64,000 nucleotides of DNA from a virus (IMGVR_UViG_3300020377_000001:11142-75141), one strand, 5' to 3'. Counted from the stretch's first letter, positions 1 to 9,926 are shown. Notes: generated by a model from the sequence alone, not told the origin. Program-made: numbers and translations.

Positions 1-444
1 AAGCAGAGAAGAGAGTACATCAAAGAACTTTTGCTCGGTTACGTCCCAGATAGGACGATTGCAAGAAAGTGCGCTGACAGGTTCAATACCAACACCGCCA
101 CGATTTTCAGCGACCTTCGCATAATCAAGAAGCAGATGTCGGAGGACGCTGCTAGACTTGCAGACGCAGAGTTTGTGGATCGTCTGAAGATGCAACACGT
201 TAGTAGCCTTCAACGCGCCATGGCAACAGCAATATCCAAAGATAATATAAATCAGTTCATACGTGCATCAGCGCAATACATCCAGCTAATGGATTTTAAT
301 GGCAAAAGCTCAAATCAAAAGAAGTCTTCAGAGCCCGATGGGACCGCGATTAGCACGCTCACAGATGAAGAGTTGATGGAGATGATTAAAAAGTCTGGAG
401 GAGCGTTTGACCTATCATCTAAAGACGGAAAGAAGATACACTGA
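1..444 (+). CDS. Putative terminase small subunit (5' partial)
   Basis: Frame is open from base 1; N-terminal HTH-like segment, helical middle, C-terminal 'ISTLTDEELMEMI' motif; its stop overlaps the TerL start. Confidence 0.65.
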   Translation, partial: KQRREYIKELLLGYVPDRTIARKCADRFNTNTATIFSDLRIIKKQMSEDAARLADAEFVDRLKMQHVSSLQRAMATAISKDNINQFIRASAQYIQLMDFNGKSSNQKKSSEPDGTAISTLTDEELMEMIKKSGGAFDLSSKDGKKIH

Positions 445-1901
445 TGCCCGCCCAGGGTCGTGAGGGGCTCGAACTTGCGCTTCGCGAGCTCACCAAGAGA
501 AACATGGAAAAGTCACTGTCGCTTTTCGCGCAGCACTGTTGGCACATTGTAGAGCCTGCGACCCCATACAAGCACGGGTGGCACATAGACGCCATCTGTG
601 AACACCTCGAGGCTGTTACAGACGGACGCATTCGAAACCTTGTAATAAACATGCCGCCCCGCCACATGAAGTCGATGCTGGTTTGTGTGTTTTGGCCATG
701 CTGGGTTTGGGCAACGAGACCCGAATCAAGGTGGCTCTATTCTTCCTATGCTCAAAGTCTAAGCATTCGAGACTCTTTGAAGTGTAGGCGAATCGTTGAG
801 AGTAGGTGGTATCGAGAGCACTGGCCGGACGTAAAGCTCAACGTGGATCAAAACCAGAAGGCCAGATTTGAAAACACTCACACAGGATATCGAGTTTCTA
901 CCTCTGTTGGAGGCTCGGCCACTGGTGAAGGTGGGGATTTTATAGTCTGTGACGACCCTCACAAGGTCGGTGACGTTCCATCAGAGCGAATACGAGAGCA
1001 GGTAGTCAACTGGTGGAATGAAGAAATGAGCACTCGAGGCAATGACCCAAAGAAGGTTGCCAAGGTCATCGTCGCTCAGAGGGTGCATGAAAACGATTTG
1101 TGTGGATATGTTCTACAGCAAGGGGGCTATGAGCACCTTTGTCTTGCCGCAGAGTTTGATGGACACAGATCGAAGACCGCACTCGGATGGAAGGACCCAA
1201 GGAAGGAAGAAGGTGATCTTCTTTGGTCAGACAGGTTTGGCAGGGACGAGCTCGATGAACTGAAAAAACGTTTAGGTGCTTACGCGGCTGCGGCGCAACT
1301 CCAGCAGAGACCCGCCCCTGCTGGAGGCGGGTTGTTTCGGGAGGAGTGGTGGAAGTTTTGGGATGAGTTTCCAGCATCGATGGATGAAATTATCCAAAGC
1401 TGGGATATGGCCTTCAAGGGAACGAAGAAGGGATCTTTCGTGGTTTGTCAGGTGTGGGGTCGAATTGGTGCCGACTTTTACCTACTTGACCAGCTCAGGA
1501 AGCGCATGTCCTTTCCACAAACAATCAGCTCATTCAAAGAGATGTATGCGAGGTGGCCGATGACTCAGGCTATTCTCGTAGAGGACAAGGCGAACGGACC
1601 GGCGATCATAGACACCCTCAAGGGGTCGATACCCGGTATAATCCCAGTACAGCCTGACGGTTCAAAGATCGCCAGAGCTTCTGCGATAAGTGCGTTAATT
1701 GAAGCTGGTGATGTTAAAATACCGAACCCAAAACACTACCCTTGGGTCGTAGACTTCTTAAGGGAATGTGGATCTTTTCCCGTTGGGCCTAACGACGATC
1801 AGGTAGACGCCATGAGTCAAGCACTCGAGAGGATGCGGAAATCAATTCAAAGTGGCTTGTTTCAGATTCGCGGCGGAAACCTGAAAAGGAGACTATCTTG
1901 A
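444..1901 (+). CDS. terL: Terminase large subunit
   Basis: ATPase motifs INMPPRHMKS and IVCDDPH; RNase H-like nuclease motifs SWDMA, VEDKANG, DDQVDA. Confidence 0.95.
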   Translation: MPAQGREGLELALRELTKRNMEKSLSLFAQHCWHIVEPATPYKHGWHIDAICEHLEAVTDGRIRNLVINMPPRHMKSMLVCVFWPCWVWATRPESRWLYSSYAQSLSIRDSLKCRRIVESRWYREHWPDVKLNVDQNQKARFENTHTGYRVSTSVGGSATGEGGDFIVCDDPHKVGDVPSERIREQVVNWWNEEMSTRGNDPKKVAKVIVAQRVHENDLCGYVLQQGGYEHLCLAAEFDGHRSKTALGWKDPRKEEGDLLWSDRFGRDELDELKKRLGAYAAAAQLQQRPAPAGGGLFREEWWKFWDEFPASMDEIIQSWDMAFKGTKKGSFVVCQVWGRIGADFYLLDQLRKRMSFPQTISSFKEMYARWPMTQAILVEDKANGPAIIDTLKGSIPGIIPVQPDGSKIARASAISALIEAGDVKIPNPKHYPWVVDFLRECGSFPVGPNDDQVDAMSQALERMRKSIQSGLFQIRGGNLKRRLS

Positions 1902-1921
1902 GACATTCGCCAGACTTTATC

Positions 1922-2038
1922 ATGAATCAATATGCTCAGTATCGAGAATTTGAACCACCGAATGACTACGCAGTTTTGGGTTGCATCATCCTGACAATCC
2001 TTTATTTGATCTATTTTGAACTAAAAAGATCGAATTGA
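1922..2038 (+). CDS. Small single-TM protein (38 aa, not in ORF track)
   Basis: Manual translation MNQYAQYREFEPPNDYAVLGCIILTILYLIYFELKRSN; fills the TerL-MazG gap. Confidence 0.5.
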   Translation: MNQYAQYREFEPPNDYAVLGCIILTILYLIYFELKRSN

Positions 2039-2064
2039 ACCCAACAAACTATCGAGGGATTGCT

Positions 2065-2385
2065 ATGGACATGCTCCTTTATCAAGAAAAAGCCACCAGA
2101 ACACTCAATCAAACTCTAGGCATGCAGGAATCTTTGACAAACCTGTGCATGGGCATTGCTGGCGAAAGCGGCGAGCTTATCGACTACTTTAAAAAGCATA
2201 TTTTTCATGGCCACGAATTGAACCGTGAGCACGTTAAATCTGAGCTCGGAGACATTCTTTGGTATGTAGCATGCCTAGCAGACACCTTAGAAATATCTCT
2301 AGAGGACGTCTGTCTTTCAAACATTGAAAAGCTTGAGTCAAGGTATCCAGAGGGCTTCAGCAAAGAGATGAGCAAAAACAGATGA
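2065..2385 (+). CDS. mazG: MazG-like nucleoside triphosphate pyrophosphohydrolase
   Basis: GIAGESGELID...KSELGDILWY...NIEKLESRYPEGF signature; start placed at MDMLLYQEKA. Confidence 0.9.
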   Translation: MDMLLYQEKATRTLNQTLGMQESLTNLCMGIAGESGELIDYFKKHIFHGHELNREHVKSELGDILWYVACLADTLEISLEDVCLSNIEKLESRYPEGFSKEMSKNR

Positions 2386-2567
2386 AGATAATGTTGGAGA
2401 TTCATAGCGATATGGTTGACTGGATTGACAACCAGATCTTGGAGAAGGGTCTAGACGAAGATTGTGCTGATCGTAAAGCTCCCTACCTGAGGGGTCAAAT
2501 CATTGAGTCTTTGATCGTCTCCGCTCGTGAAAGCTCCAGGAAGGATTTTCGAGGGTCACGTAATTAG
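2382..2567 (+). CDS. Small hypothetical protein, possibly ribbon-helix-helix
   Basis: ATGA overlap with mazG; strand-helix-helix pattern MKIMLEIHSDMVDWID...RGQIIESLI. Confidence 0.45.
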   Translation: MKIMLEIHSDMVDWIDNQILEKGLDEDCADRKAPYLRGQIIESLIVSARESSRKDFRGSRN

Positions 2568-3131
2568 GTCCATAAGGTTTGACTCAGAGGCCGCAACCCA
2601 ATACGCCTTATCAACCGATCCGATTGGCTGAAAGCTTCTAGAGCAGAACGACCCTAGTCGCGTGCCCGTCATCCTGCACGACGATTCGGACCACACGATA
2701 ATCATGGATCCAACCACGTTTCCACCCACAGGCTTGCCTGTCGATGGGTTCAGAAAACCTACCCTGCCCTTCATGAACCACAATTCTGACGCCTTCCCAA
2801 CCACGTATTTGTGAAACCATTTCACGTCTACCGTTGACGGCATGAGGGCCACAACCTCTTTCACCTCACCATCCCTCGCGGCATGCCAAGCCCTCGACAT
2901 GAATTCTGCGCTTTTACTGTAAGGCGGGTTGATAAAAACGCGGTCTCCAAGCGAGGACCAGCTGTTGGCAAGCGCATTTGACTTATAGGTAAAGAAGCGA
3001 GCACAGAGTGCGTTTTTGGGATTGGCGCATGCATCGCCCGTAAATCTAAAACGACTGTTGAGACGCGCAAACAGCTCTGGAGGGGTTCTCCAATCGTCTT
3101 TCGAGTCCTCTCTGTGCTTCCTGTGGCTCAT
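2556..3131 (-). CDS. Phage DNA N6-adenine methyltransferase (phage Dam-like family)
   Basis: DDWRTPPELF, DACA, FINPPYS catalytic motif, KGRVGF. Confidence 0.9.
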   Translation of the reverse strand: MSHRKHREDSKDDWRTPPELFARLNSRFRFTGDACANPKNALCARFFTYKSNALANSWSSLGDRVFINPPYSKSAEFMSRAWHAARDGEVKEVVALMPSTVDVKWFHKYVVGKASELWFMKGRVGFLNPSTGKPVGGNVVGSMIIVWSESSCRMTGTRLGSFCSRSFQPIGSVDKAYWVAASESNLMDLIT

Positions 3132-3442
3132 TGCGATATCACTGAGGGGTTATCCCTAGCATGTCTTAGCAAAGCGTCGTACAGACCCCCGTTCACGCCC
3201 CCCTGGATAGATCTGGTGAGGTGAACCCCGTTGGAGTCCGACTGAACATGCAATACTGATGAGTCGCTCAACATAAAGACATGTGAGCACGGTATGCTCC
3301 TGTCTTCAACCTTGGATAGGAAAAACCTAACTCGACCTAGGATTTCATCGCGCATGTCATCTGTTGCATGCATCTGAACCTTAAACCAAAACCGCTGTAC
3401 CAGACGAAGAAAGTCGCTAATTATGTGTATAAAGACCCTCAT
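3128..3442 (-). CDS. Hypothetical protein
   Basis: ATGA-coupled to both neighbours. Confidence 0.55.
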   Translation of the reverse strand: MRVFIHIISDFLRLVQRFWFKVQMHATDDMRDEILGRVRFFLSKVEDRSIPCSHVFMLSDSSVLHVQSDSNGVHLTRSIQGGVNGGLYDALLRHARDNPSVISQ

Positions 3443-4155
3443 ACTAGTCCCTCCTGCAATATCAGGCTTACCTTATCCTTGGCCTCGAGAACCTTGAGCC
3501 CCCCAGCGTAAATCTTGTGAATAGACATTTTCACAAAAGGCTTTCCTGCACGATTGACGTATCCCTTTTGGTTAACCTTATCACAGATCTTTTGGTACGA
3601 CACCCCAGCGTCCCTCAGGCGCATAACCATCTTGAGAACCTTTGCTTCCTCTCGGTGGACGTGCAGATTTCCATCCTCGTCAGCAAACATTCCCCAAGGG
3701 ACCGTGCCGGCCCTCTTTCCGTTTCTTCGAAGCTGACGTAGCGCCGCTCGAGTTCTCATTTTCGTTTTAGCGAGCTCAAACTCCGCGAAGGAATCCATGA
3801 TTCGTCTCATGAGGACTGCGTTTGGATCGTCACTATGGTCGAGTCCATCTGCCGACATAATCACTGCGCCGCGCTCCTTAACCAAGGTCTCAGCGGCAAT
3901 GGCCTGAGAAACACCACGCGCAAGACGGTCACGCTTTGAGATGATGAGAATATCTCCCTCCCCTAGGTCATATATCGCATCCATCAGCACTTCGCGCTCA
4001 TGAAGTGCAGCAGCGCCAGAGACACCCTTTTCAACATGAATTGCCTCTACAGAAAGACCCTTACGCTCGGCCATACCCCTGCACTCAAAGATCTGTGCAT
4101 CTGGGCTAAGGTGTTGCTCATCGGTCGATACTCGTACGTAAATTACTGCACCCAT
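3439..4155 (-). CDS. Serine recombinase (resolvase/invertase type with short recombinase-type DNA-binding C-terminus)
   Basis: YVRVST catalytic Ser motif, GVSG, KRDRLAR, FAEFE; C-terminal GVSYQKICDKVN helix-turn-helix. Confidence 0.9.
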   Translation of the reverse strand: MGAVIYVRVSTDEQHLSPDAQIFECRGMAERKGLSVEAIHVEKGVSGAAALHEREVLMDAIYDLGEGDILIISKRDRLARGVSQAIAAETLVKERGAVIMSADGLDHSDDPNAVLMRRIMDSFAEFELAKTKMRTRAALRQLRRNGKRAGTVPWGMFADEDGNLHVHREEAKVLKMVMRLRDAGVSYQKICDKVNQKGYVNRAGKPFVKMSIHKIYAGGLKVLEAKDKVSLILQEGLV

Positions 4156-4156
4156 A

Positions 4157-4336
4157 CTACACGTCCTTTCGATCTGAAGAGTTTATAAACTGCATCGCAA
4201 GAAAGCGGATTACCTGAGACCTAGACATCCTAACGCCAATCTTGGACTCCGCCAGTATGGTGGACTGCTCTAGAAGAGACCGTATCTCTAGGTTTGGATC
4301 GTGAATTGAAAAGTTGGGTGATGATTTGTTAGACAT
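4157..4336 (-). CDS. Small putative RHH-type regulator
   Basis: Start MSNKSS after AAGGAGCA RBS; SRSQVIRFLA helix; first gene after a sigma70-like promoter. Confidence 0.5.
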   Translation of the reverse strand: MSNKSSPNFSIHDPNLEIRSLLEQSTILAESKIGVRMSRSQVIRFLAMQFINSSDRKDV

Positions 4337-4364
4337 TTTCTGCTCCTTCTCTGTTGGTAAGACC

Positions 4365-4393
4365 AATCTACTGGAGCAAATAACTCAAGTCAA
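4365..4393 (-). promoter_or_regulatory. Sigma70-like promoter for regulator-recombinase-methylase operon
   Basis: Minus strand TTGACT-N17-TAGATT in the intergenic gap. Confidence 0.6.
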
Positions 4394-4412
4394 CACTATT
4401 TCTAGATATAAT

Positions 4413-5144
4413 CTATATAGATCCTGTGTAGGTGTAGATGTCGCCCGACTTTGTGATTACGTCGAATCTTATTAGTTGATTGATTACGCTTCTGGATATT
4501 CGTCCATGTTTCGGTGTGAAGCACCCCGCCGGCGCAATCTTTGACAGGTCGTCAACTGTGAATGTGTCTCCGCTAGAATAGTGGAGCTCAATTTCATTGA
4601 TGAGCTTCCTTGCCTCGAGTGTTGGGTTTCGGTCGTAGTTGAATACGCTCATGCTTGGTCCTTTCGGGTCGTATGTTGTACAGGATTCACATCCTGTGTA
4701 TTTTTTGCTTCTTACGTTTTCGCATCGAGAAAAGCACCATCTGCAAACCTTATATCCACCCTTCACTCTGGGTGATTCAGGTCCAACTCTATTGAATTCT
4801 GATCCACAGCACTTGCACTTGAACCAAATATCGTAAGTCACCTCAACATGATCTGCAAACAGAAAGTCTGGTCGAATACGCGCCATTTCAGATCTTACGA
4901 CTGACTCAACAGACCTCCAGATTGCACAAAGCTTCTGGTCGGTTTTGTCGAGATAGTGTCCGTGACTATCCGCAAGAGCAATGTTTATTAAAGTGGGCCA
5001 GTGCTTTTCATCAACGATTTCTCGAATCATGTCCAGAACCCGCTCTTGGACTTTCCTCTTGGTTCCGAGGTTGCAGCTTGCATAAAGGTTTTTGGATCGT
5101 TGCGATGTTTGATTCTGCCTTTTCTGGTGCCTACTGAACCCCAT
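4413..5144 (-). CDS. Hypothetical Zn-finger protein with C-terminal winged-helix-like region
   Basis: CKCCG, CRWC, CESC cysteine pairs. Confidence 0.55.
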   Translation of the reverse strand: MGFSRHQKRQNQTSQRSKNLYASCNLGTKRKVQERVLDMIREIVDEKHWPTLINIALADSHGHYLDKTDQKLCAIWRSVESVVRSEMARIRPDFLFADHVEVTYDIWFKCKCCGSEFNRVGPESPRVKGGYKVCRWCFSRCENVRSKKYTGCESCTTYDPKGPSMSVFNYDRNPTLEARKLINEIELHYSSGDTFTVDDLSKIAPAGCFTPKHGRISRSVINQLIRFDVITKSGDIYTYTGSI

Positions 5145-5920
5145 TAGGCCGCACCAAGATTGATGCTGTCTATTTCACCGTCGTCATCTAGATGGGCCAT
5201 CTCAATAAGACCAATGTCTGTTTGCGTAATGCTCAGGAGTTTTGGCACTCTAGAGGGTGAACTATACGGAACCCCTAGCCTGTTCCAGATTTTTTCAAAA
5301 TATGGGATTGCTGGGTTTATTTTGTACAAACCTGAGGTAAATGGTTCGAGCTCGTTCAGGTCGAAAGATACAGTGGTTCTTACATGCATAGAGTCGTCGC
5401 GAAAAACAAATAGCGGTGACAACCCCTTATTCAGAAGCTTCTTGGCCTTAATGATGTCAACAAGGTCAATTCTCTTGATGTCTTCAGAGACAATGGAAAG
5501 CATCGCTTCAGCCAAAGAGCACATGGAGTTTGAGTTTTGAAGATACATCCAGTCTTGGCTCACAGGATCTCTCCACGTAAGAGATTTAAGCTGACCCCCC
5601 TCCTGATGGTGGCCCTTAATCACATCGCGTATAACGTCAGACCTAACCATGTCCAGGCACGTAGTTTGATCGAGTTCCAAGTATCTCAGCTTCTCAAGTC
5701 GAATCTTGGCTAACGTAATCAAGTCAAGGTTTGCCTGAGGGTGCAACGGTCCAGATGGGGACTCTGTCGGGGTATGGATCAGCCCTCGATCATTTAGTCT
5801 GCGTAAAAACGATACCTCGCAATTCATGCGCTCTACGATTTCACTTTCCGTTATCGTCTTTTCCATCGGCTCTTCTGCTCTTGGGAACACCCGGGGCCCC
5901 CGTGTTTGCTTTGGTTTCAT
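5144..5920 (-). CDS. Hypothetical protein, possible N-terminal MerR-like HTH
   Basis: ITESEIVERMNCEVSFLRRLNDRGLI; RBS GAAAGGACC. Confidence 0.55.
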   Translation of the reverse strand: MKPKQTRGPRVFPRAEEPMEKTITESEIVERMNCEVSFLRRLNDRGLIHTPTESPSGPLHPQANLDLITLAKIRLEKLRYLELDQTTCLDMVRSDVIRDVIKGHHQEGGQLKSLTWRDPVSQDWMYLQNSNSMCSLAEAMLSIVSEDIKRIDLVDIIKAKKLLNKGLSPLFVFRDDSMHVRTTVSFDLNELEPFTSGLYKINPAIPYFEKIWNRLGVPYSSPSRVPKLLSITQTDIGLIEMAHLDDDGEIDSINLGAA

Positions 5921-6024
5921 AATGGTCCTTTCTGTAACTTATTGGCAAACCCATGGGTCCGTATGGTGTTCCAGGCTTTGCCCTCATCTTTTTAAGTAGT
6001 TTACCTGTTTCATGAGTGGCCAAA

Positions 6025-6633
6025 CTACCTTCTCCTTAGTTGCTCTCTTAGTGAAAATTCACAGTTCAGTGCGTCAGTGACATGAATTCGATCACCATCA
6101 TAGCCGCGCTCAACGTTTAGGTAAACATGGGCTTTCTTTGGGAGGGATATATTTCCGCTTATAAACTCCAAACCCTTTTGTGTTAGGCGCCACAAGCCGC
6201 TTGTAAGTTGTTCTTCCACAGAGTCCTCAATCGACTGCTCAATGAGCCCCCAGTACTTTGCTCGAGTGTAATGCCTCGAAGTCCTAAACTCCCTAGGTGC
6301 AGACTTGGATACACTTACCCACTTTGCCTCGACCAATATTGGTGTCTTCCCTGACCAATCGATGACGCAGAAATTTTCTGCCATCCAGATTAACGGTTCG
6401 ACGACGGTTCTTGTTAATGACTCGCTTCGCATCTTAACATGTTGTCCACAGCAGGGGCAGTACGACCCCTCTAAGAGGAAGGCACTTAGTCTTCTTTGGA
6501 CATGCTCAATCGTTAACTGTTTTTCGGTGGGATCTAGCGTAGGTAAGTACCCAACCATCCTGTCAATTTCTGATCGTGGGTCAATCTCTAAATTTGTTGT
6601 CTCTGTATCAACAAATAATTCATACTGCTTCAT
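6025..6633 (-). CDS. Hypothetical phage protein (CPCCG zinc knuckle plus winged-helix-like region)
   Basis: YCPCCGQ, KYWGLIE, GLWRLTQKG; RBS AAAGGAGCA. Confidence 0.65.
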   Translation of the reverse strand: MKQYELFVDTETTNLEIDPRSEIDRMVGYLPTLDPTEKQLTIEHVQRRLSAFLLEGSYCPCCGQHVKMRSESLTRTVVEPLIWMAENFCVIDWSGKTPILVEAKWVSVSKSAPREFRTSRHYTRAKYWGLIEQSIEDSVEEQLTSGLWRLTQKGLEFISGNISLPKKAHVYLNVERGYDGDRIHVTDALNCEFSLREQLRRR

Positions 6634-6661
6634 TTACTGCTCCTTTGTGACGTTGGTCAGA

Positions 6662-6952
6662 TCACTTGATTTTGAAGTTTTTACAAAATTCCATACCCTT
6701 CTCGGTGAGCTCACAGTCAATAACATGCACAGTGGACCTCGTGCCAGACATCGAAACCTTTTTGTGCTCAAGTACCTTAACGAGACCCATGCGTTGCAGT
6801 CTCATCACGGCCCTAATTCTTGACGCCCCCCTTCTTTTCTTGGATGTCGGCTCAACCCGTACACTTTGTTGAATCCGAAATATAGGAAAGCTTTGACAGT
6901 TTGCCTGATAGATCTCGTCGAGAAGACCTCTAGCGTAGAGTCCTAGTCTCAT
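6662..6952 (-). CDS. Hypothetical winged-helix-like protein
   Basis: RLQRMGLVKV...CELTEKGMEF; start placed at MRLGLY after GGAGG. Confidence 0.45.
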   Translation of the reverse strand: MRLGLYARGLLDEIYQANCQSFPIFRIQQSVRVEPTSKKRRGASRIRAVMRLQRMGLVKVLEHKKVSMSGTRSTVHVIDCELTEKGMEFCKNFKIK

Positions 6953-7211
6953 TGACGAACCTCCCTTCCATAATCTTCCTAAGCTCGTATTCAGCATACT
7001 CAGCAAGGATGTCCCAAACCTCATCCCAACCACTACCTCTTTCGGACCAGTAACGTGCGGCCCCTTCGCTATCTGCCCCGAGAGACTCCTGAATACACGC
7101 AATCGCGTTGAACATTGCCGATTTCGCGATTTCGTTTGAACGGGACTGAATTTCGTCATTCATGTAATCGTTCACATAGACAACGGGCAAGTTTATGGTT
7201 TCTTTATGCAT
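6930..7211 (-). CDS. Hypothetical protein
   Basis: RBS GAGGTG; packed in the minus-strand block. Confidence 0.55.
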   Translation of the reverse strand: MHKETINLPVVYVNDYMNDEIQSRSNEIAKSAMFNAIACIQESLGADSEGAARYWSERGSGWDEVWDILAEYAEYELRKIMEGRFVNETRTLR

Positions 7212-7231
7212 ATCACACCTCGATTTAGACT

Positions 7232-7456
7232 CTAATTATAGATAAAAGCCACGAGCATGTCTTGAATGTCTTTCATACAAGCCTTACTCATGTCTTCGCT
7301 CACGCTTTGACCGTCATCTCTGTGGACTGAAATGATTCTGATGGTGTCCTTTTTTCTGGCGCCTCGAACTAGGTCACACTCATACTTTACGGTCAACGGG
7401 CACCCATAATCCTCTGACCAAAACCTAAAAAACTTAACTACTCCTACATTCTCCAT
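7232..7456 (-). CDS. Hypothetical protein
   Basis: Overlap-coupled small ORF. Confidence 0.5.
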   Translation of the reverse strand: MENVGVVKFFRFWSEDYGCPLTVKYECDLVRGARKKDTIRIISVHRDDGQSVSEDMSKACMKDIQDMLVAFIYN

Positions 7457-7791
7457 CCCAAGATCCCTCGCTTGACCTCTCGGATCAGGCTTATAATCTC
7501 TATCTTCTCAATGTGACTGTCATATGCGGTGTGTGTAATATGAACGTCGGCACCATCAACAAGCCTGCTGTAAAGCTTGATGGTTGCCCAGGGAAACATA
7601 CGAGACAGCACGGTGCCAAAATTATCGAGATATTGCTCGAACTGTTCAGTAGACATTTTCAACTGAAGCAGCGTGTGCTCATCTGGACTACCGACAGACA
7701 CCCGGATTTCAGGCTCATCCCCAACGGGTTCTGCTCTTTCTGGAAAGCTAAGAAGGTTTGCCATGCCCAAATCCTTTTTCATCTCTTCCAA
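7444..7791 (-). CDS. Hypothetical protein (start uncertain)
   Basis: Follows motif copy 7816-7846. Confidence 0.5.
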   Translation of the reverse strand: MEEMKKDLGMANLLSFPERAEPVGDEPEIRVSVGSPDEHTLLQLKMSTEQFEQYLDNFGTVLSRMFPWATIKLYSRLVDGADVHITHTAYDSHIEKIEIISLIREVKRGILGWRM

Positions 7792-7904
7792 TTTTCCTGA
7801 AAAGCTCCCGAAAGTTCATGAAAGGTTTTCTGTGTTGGCCGTAATTCTGTGCAAACCAACCGCAAAAGTTGAAGTGATCGCGAATAACAAAGATCGGTGG
7901 GCGC

Positions 7905-8240
7905 CTAGCTTGGGGCCGGAAGGCTCAGTGTAACGCGACCACGCTGCATCCCAAATATGGACAGTCCACCCTTTGTTGTAAAGCATTCGTCTAACACAAA
8001 CATCGACTGGTCTATGATGGTCTGTACACGCCTGGACTCACGACCGAGCGTTCTGCTGCCAGGTGTCAATTCGCTATGGGCCAGCCTTAAGGTCTGGCGC
8101 TCAACAAGCATGAGCTTATCCCAGACGTAGCAAATCGACTTTTGCCTATCTTGCTCTGTCTTGTATCCATGAACCACCAGCTCAAAAAGTAGTCCCTTCA
8201 CGTCCAAAGTCGCAATGTATATCGGATTGTCGAAGATCAT
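7905..8240 (-). CDS. Hypothetical protein
   Basis: Follows motif copy 8259-8289. Confidence 0.5.
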   Translation of the reverse strand: MIFDNPIYIATLDVKGLLFELVVHGYKTEQDRQKSICYVWDKLMLVERQTLRLAHSELTPGSRTLGRESRRVQTIIDQSMFVLDECFTTKGGLSIFGMQRGRVTLSLPAPS

Positions 8241-8554
8241 GTGACAGGCCGTCCATGCTCTATAAAGGTTTTTTGATCTTGACGTAATTTGCGCTGTTTC
8301 TCGGTAGTTTCTTCGAGTAGCTCAGACCACTTTTCTCTCGTGTCTAGGTGATCTGAGGCCGCACGGAAGTCATCAAGAAACTCCATCAACTGGTGGTCCT
8401 TGATTGACTCGGCGATTTGATAGATTTTCTCGCAGGTCTGCTCTGTCCAGATCATGCATGGATCGCACCCGCCATCTGCCTGAGTATAGACGTACCCACA
8501 CTCGGTGCAGGTGATGTCATCACCCTCTGTGATCCAGTTGTCGTAAGATTTCAT
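8237..8554 (-). CDS. Hypothetical Zn-binding protein
   Basis: CTECG...CDPC; start MKSYDNW after AGGAG. Confidence 0.5.
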   Translation of the reverse strand: MKSYDNWITEGDDITCTECGYVYTQADGGCDPCMIWTEQTCEKIYQIAESIKDHQLMEFLDDFRAASDHLDTREKWSELLEETTEKQRKLRQDQKTFIEHGRPVT

Positions 8555-8757
8555 GTTGTCGCTCCTGGCCTGCCAAAGTACCCTTGGCAGCCTGTACACC
8601 TGAGAGCTGACCACCCACCAAAGGACACCTTGTGGACCTCCTTACAATGCGGGCATACGACTATACACATGTACATGGTTCTGTCGGCATGATTGTTATA
8701 CACCAGCCACTTTTGAAGCATGACTGATTGTTCAGGTTTTGATTGTTGGATATTCAT
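8551..8757 (-). CDS. Small Zn-ribbon protein
   Basis: CPHC...CTGC; start MNIQQ after GGAGG. Confidence 0.5.
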   Translation of the reverse strand: MNIQQSKPEQSVMLQKWLVYNNHADRTMYMCIVVCPHCKEVHKVSFGGWSALRCTGCQGYFGRPGATT

Positions 8758-9050
8758 CTGATCCTCCGAATGTGAATCGAGGAGACGCCACAGCCTGGCA
8801 GGATGCCGCTGTGCTTCCCGTTGCCTGTGCCAAAGCGATTGACATGGACAGCGAAGTTCTCTGTAAGTTGGTCTGCTAGGTCCTCGCGTTGCCGGTGGCC
8901 AAGCCATTTCATGTCGGCATGAGTAACGAGCTTTGAGCCCTTGATGAGACGGTTTAGTGTTGCGACGAAGTCGTCAACCGTGTTGAGGAAAGTATAGTCG
9001 AATTTATTAGTCTGAGTATCTTCATATGCATCGATAAAATCTTTGAACAT
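8754..9050 (-). CDS. Hypothetical protein
   Basis: Start MFKDF after GAAAGGACCAAC; follows motif copy 9069-9099. Confidence 0.55.
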   Translation of the reverse strand: MFKDFIDAYEDTQTNKFDYTFLNTVDDFVATLNRLIKGSKLVTHADMKWLGHRQREDLADQLTENFAVHVNRFGTGNGKHSGILPGCGVSSIHIRRIR

Positions 9051-9119
9051 CGTTGGTCCTTTCAAAGGTCTATAAAGGTTTTTCTATTGTTCCGTAATTA
9101 AAGGGTTATGTCAAAAGTG

Positions 9120-9686
9120 TCATGCGTTATATAAGCCTTGCTCGTCTATAGGAATTTTACTCACCGAGTCAATAAACTCTTCAAATTGAAGCCTGACCTC
9201 CTTAAGGGTTTCAGCATCGTGAACCTGGCACAGGTAAACGCAATCACCATATTTGTACTCAAGGTCGCCTTCAAAGTATCCATGAGAATCCCCAGACACA
9301 TGTCCTGCAAGGATGCCATCGCAAAAGACCAGAAAACGGCGTGGTTCAAGCGCAGGTAAGGGATTCGATTGGACCTCGATCTGGATCTTGATCTTGTTTT
9401 TATCCCAGTCAAAGGTAGGTAGTGCAATGTTGACAAATGCATCAGAGTCAAAGACGATCATATCAAAGCCATTCTTGTGTGCGTATGAGAGCACCTTCGT
9501 TATCCATTCTGGCTCGCTTGAGTAGTCTTCGTATGGATCGAAGGATACGTACATGAAGTAGCCGTATAGAAACTTATACGCTGAGTGTGTGCCAAAGCTT
9601 GGCTCAGACGAAGGCATGTGTGCGGTGCTGATATGTAGTGTTCTAAATTCTGTTCGACAGGCGTTCTTAGGTCTTTGGTTATTCAT
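9120..9686 (-). CDS. DUF5983-like protein
   Basis: ISTAHM...YGYFMYV...IVFDSDA...LPTFDW pattern. Confidence 0.55.
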   Translation of the reverse strand: MNNQRPKNACRTEFRTLHISTAHMPSSEPSFGTHSAYKFLYGYFMYVSFDPYEDYSSEPEWITKVLSYAHKNGFDMIVFDSDAFVNIALPTFDWDKNKIKIQIEVQSNPLPALEPRRFLVFCDGILAGHVSGDSHGYFEGDLEYKYGDCVYLCQVHDAETLKEVRLQFEEFIDSVSKIPIDEQGLYNA

Positions 9687-9737
9687 GATGATAATGCTCC
9701 GTTGATTTCTATAAAGGTTTTCTGAGAGTGACGTAAT

Positions 9738-9926
9738 TTAGTCTTCCACATCCTCGGCATCGCAATCGCAGTATGAGCATGTAAAACACGCTGCATCTAC
9801 GAAGTGCCTGTCAACCGACTCGACAAGCCTGCGACGGTCATCTAAAGACACGGTTATATGAAAGTATGCCTCTGTCTTTGGGCATGTTCTGCTTTCGCAT
9901 TCTGGGTTACTACATCGTAACCTCAT
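9738..9926 (-). CDS. Small Cys-rich protein
   Basis: CSNPEC...CSYC. Confidence 0.5.
   Translation of the reverse strand: MRLRCSNPECESRTCPKTEAYFHITVSLDDRRRLVESVDRHFVDAACFTCSYCDCDAEDVED

Noticed and set aside
3439-4155. IS607/transposon or prophage integrase
   Set aside because: No N-terminal MerR HTH, no tnpB, no terminal repeats, no host junction; lacks large-integrase domains
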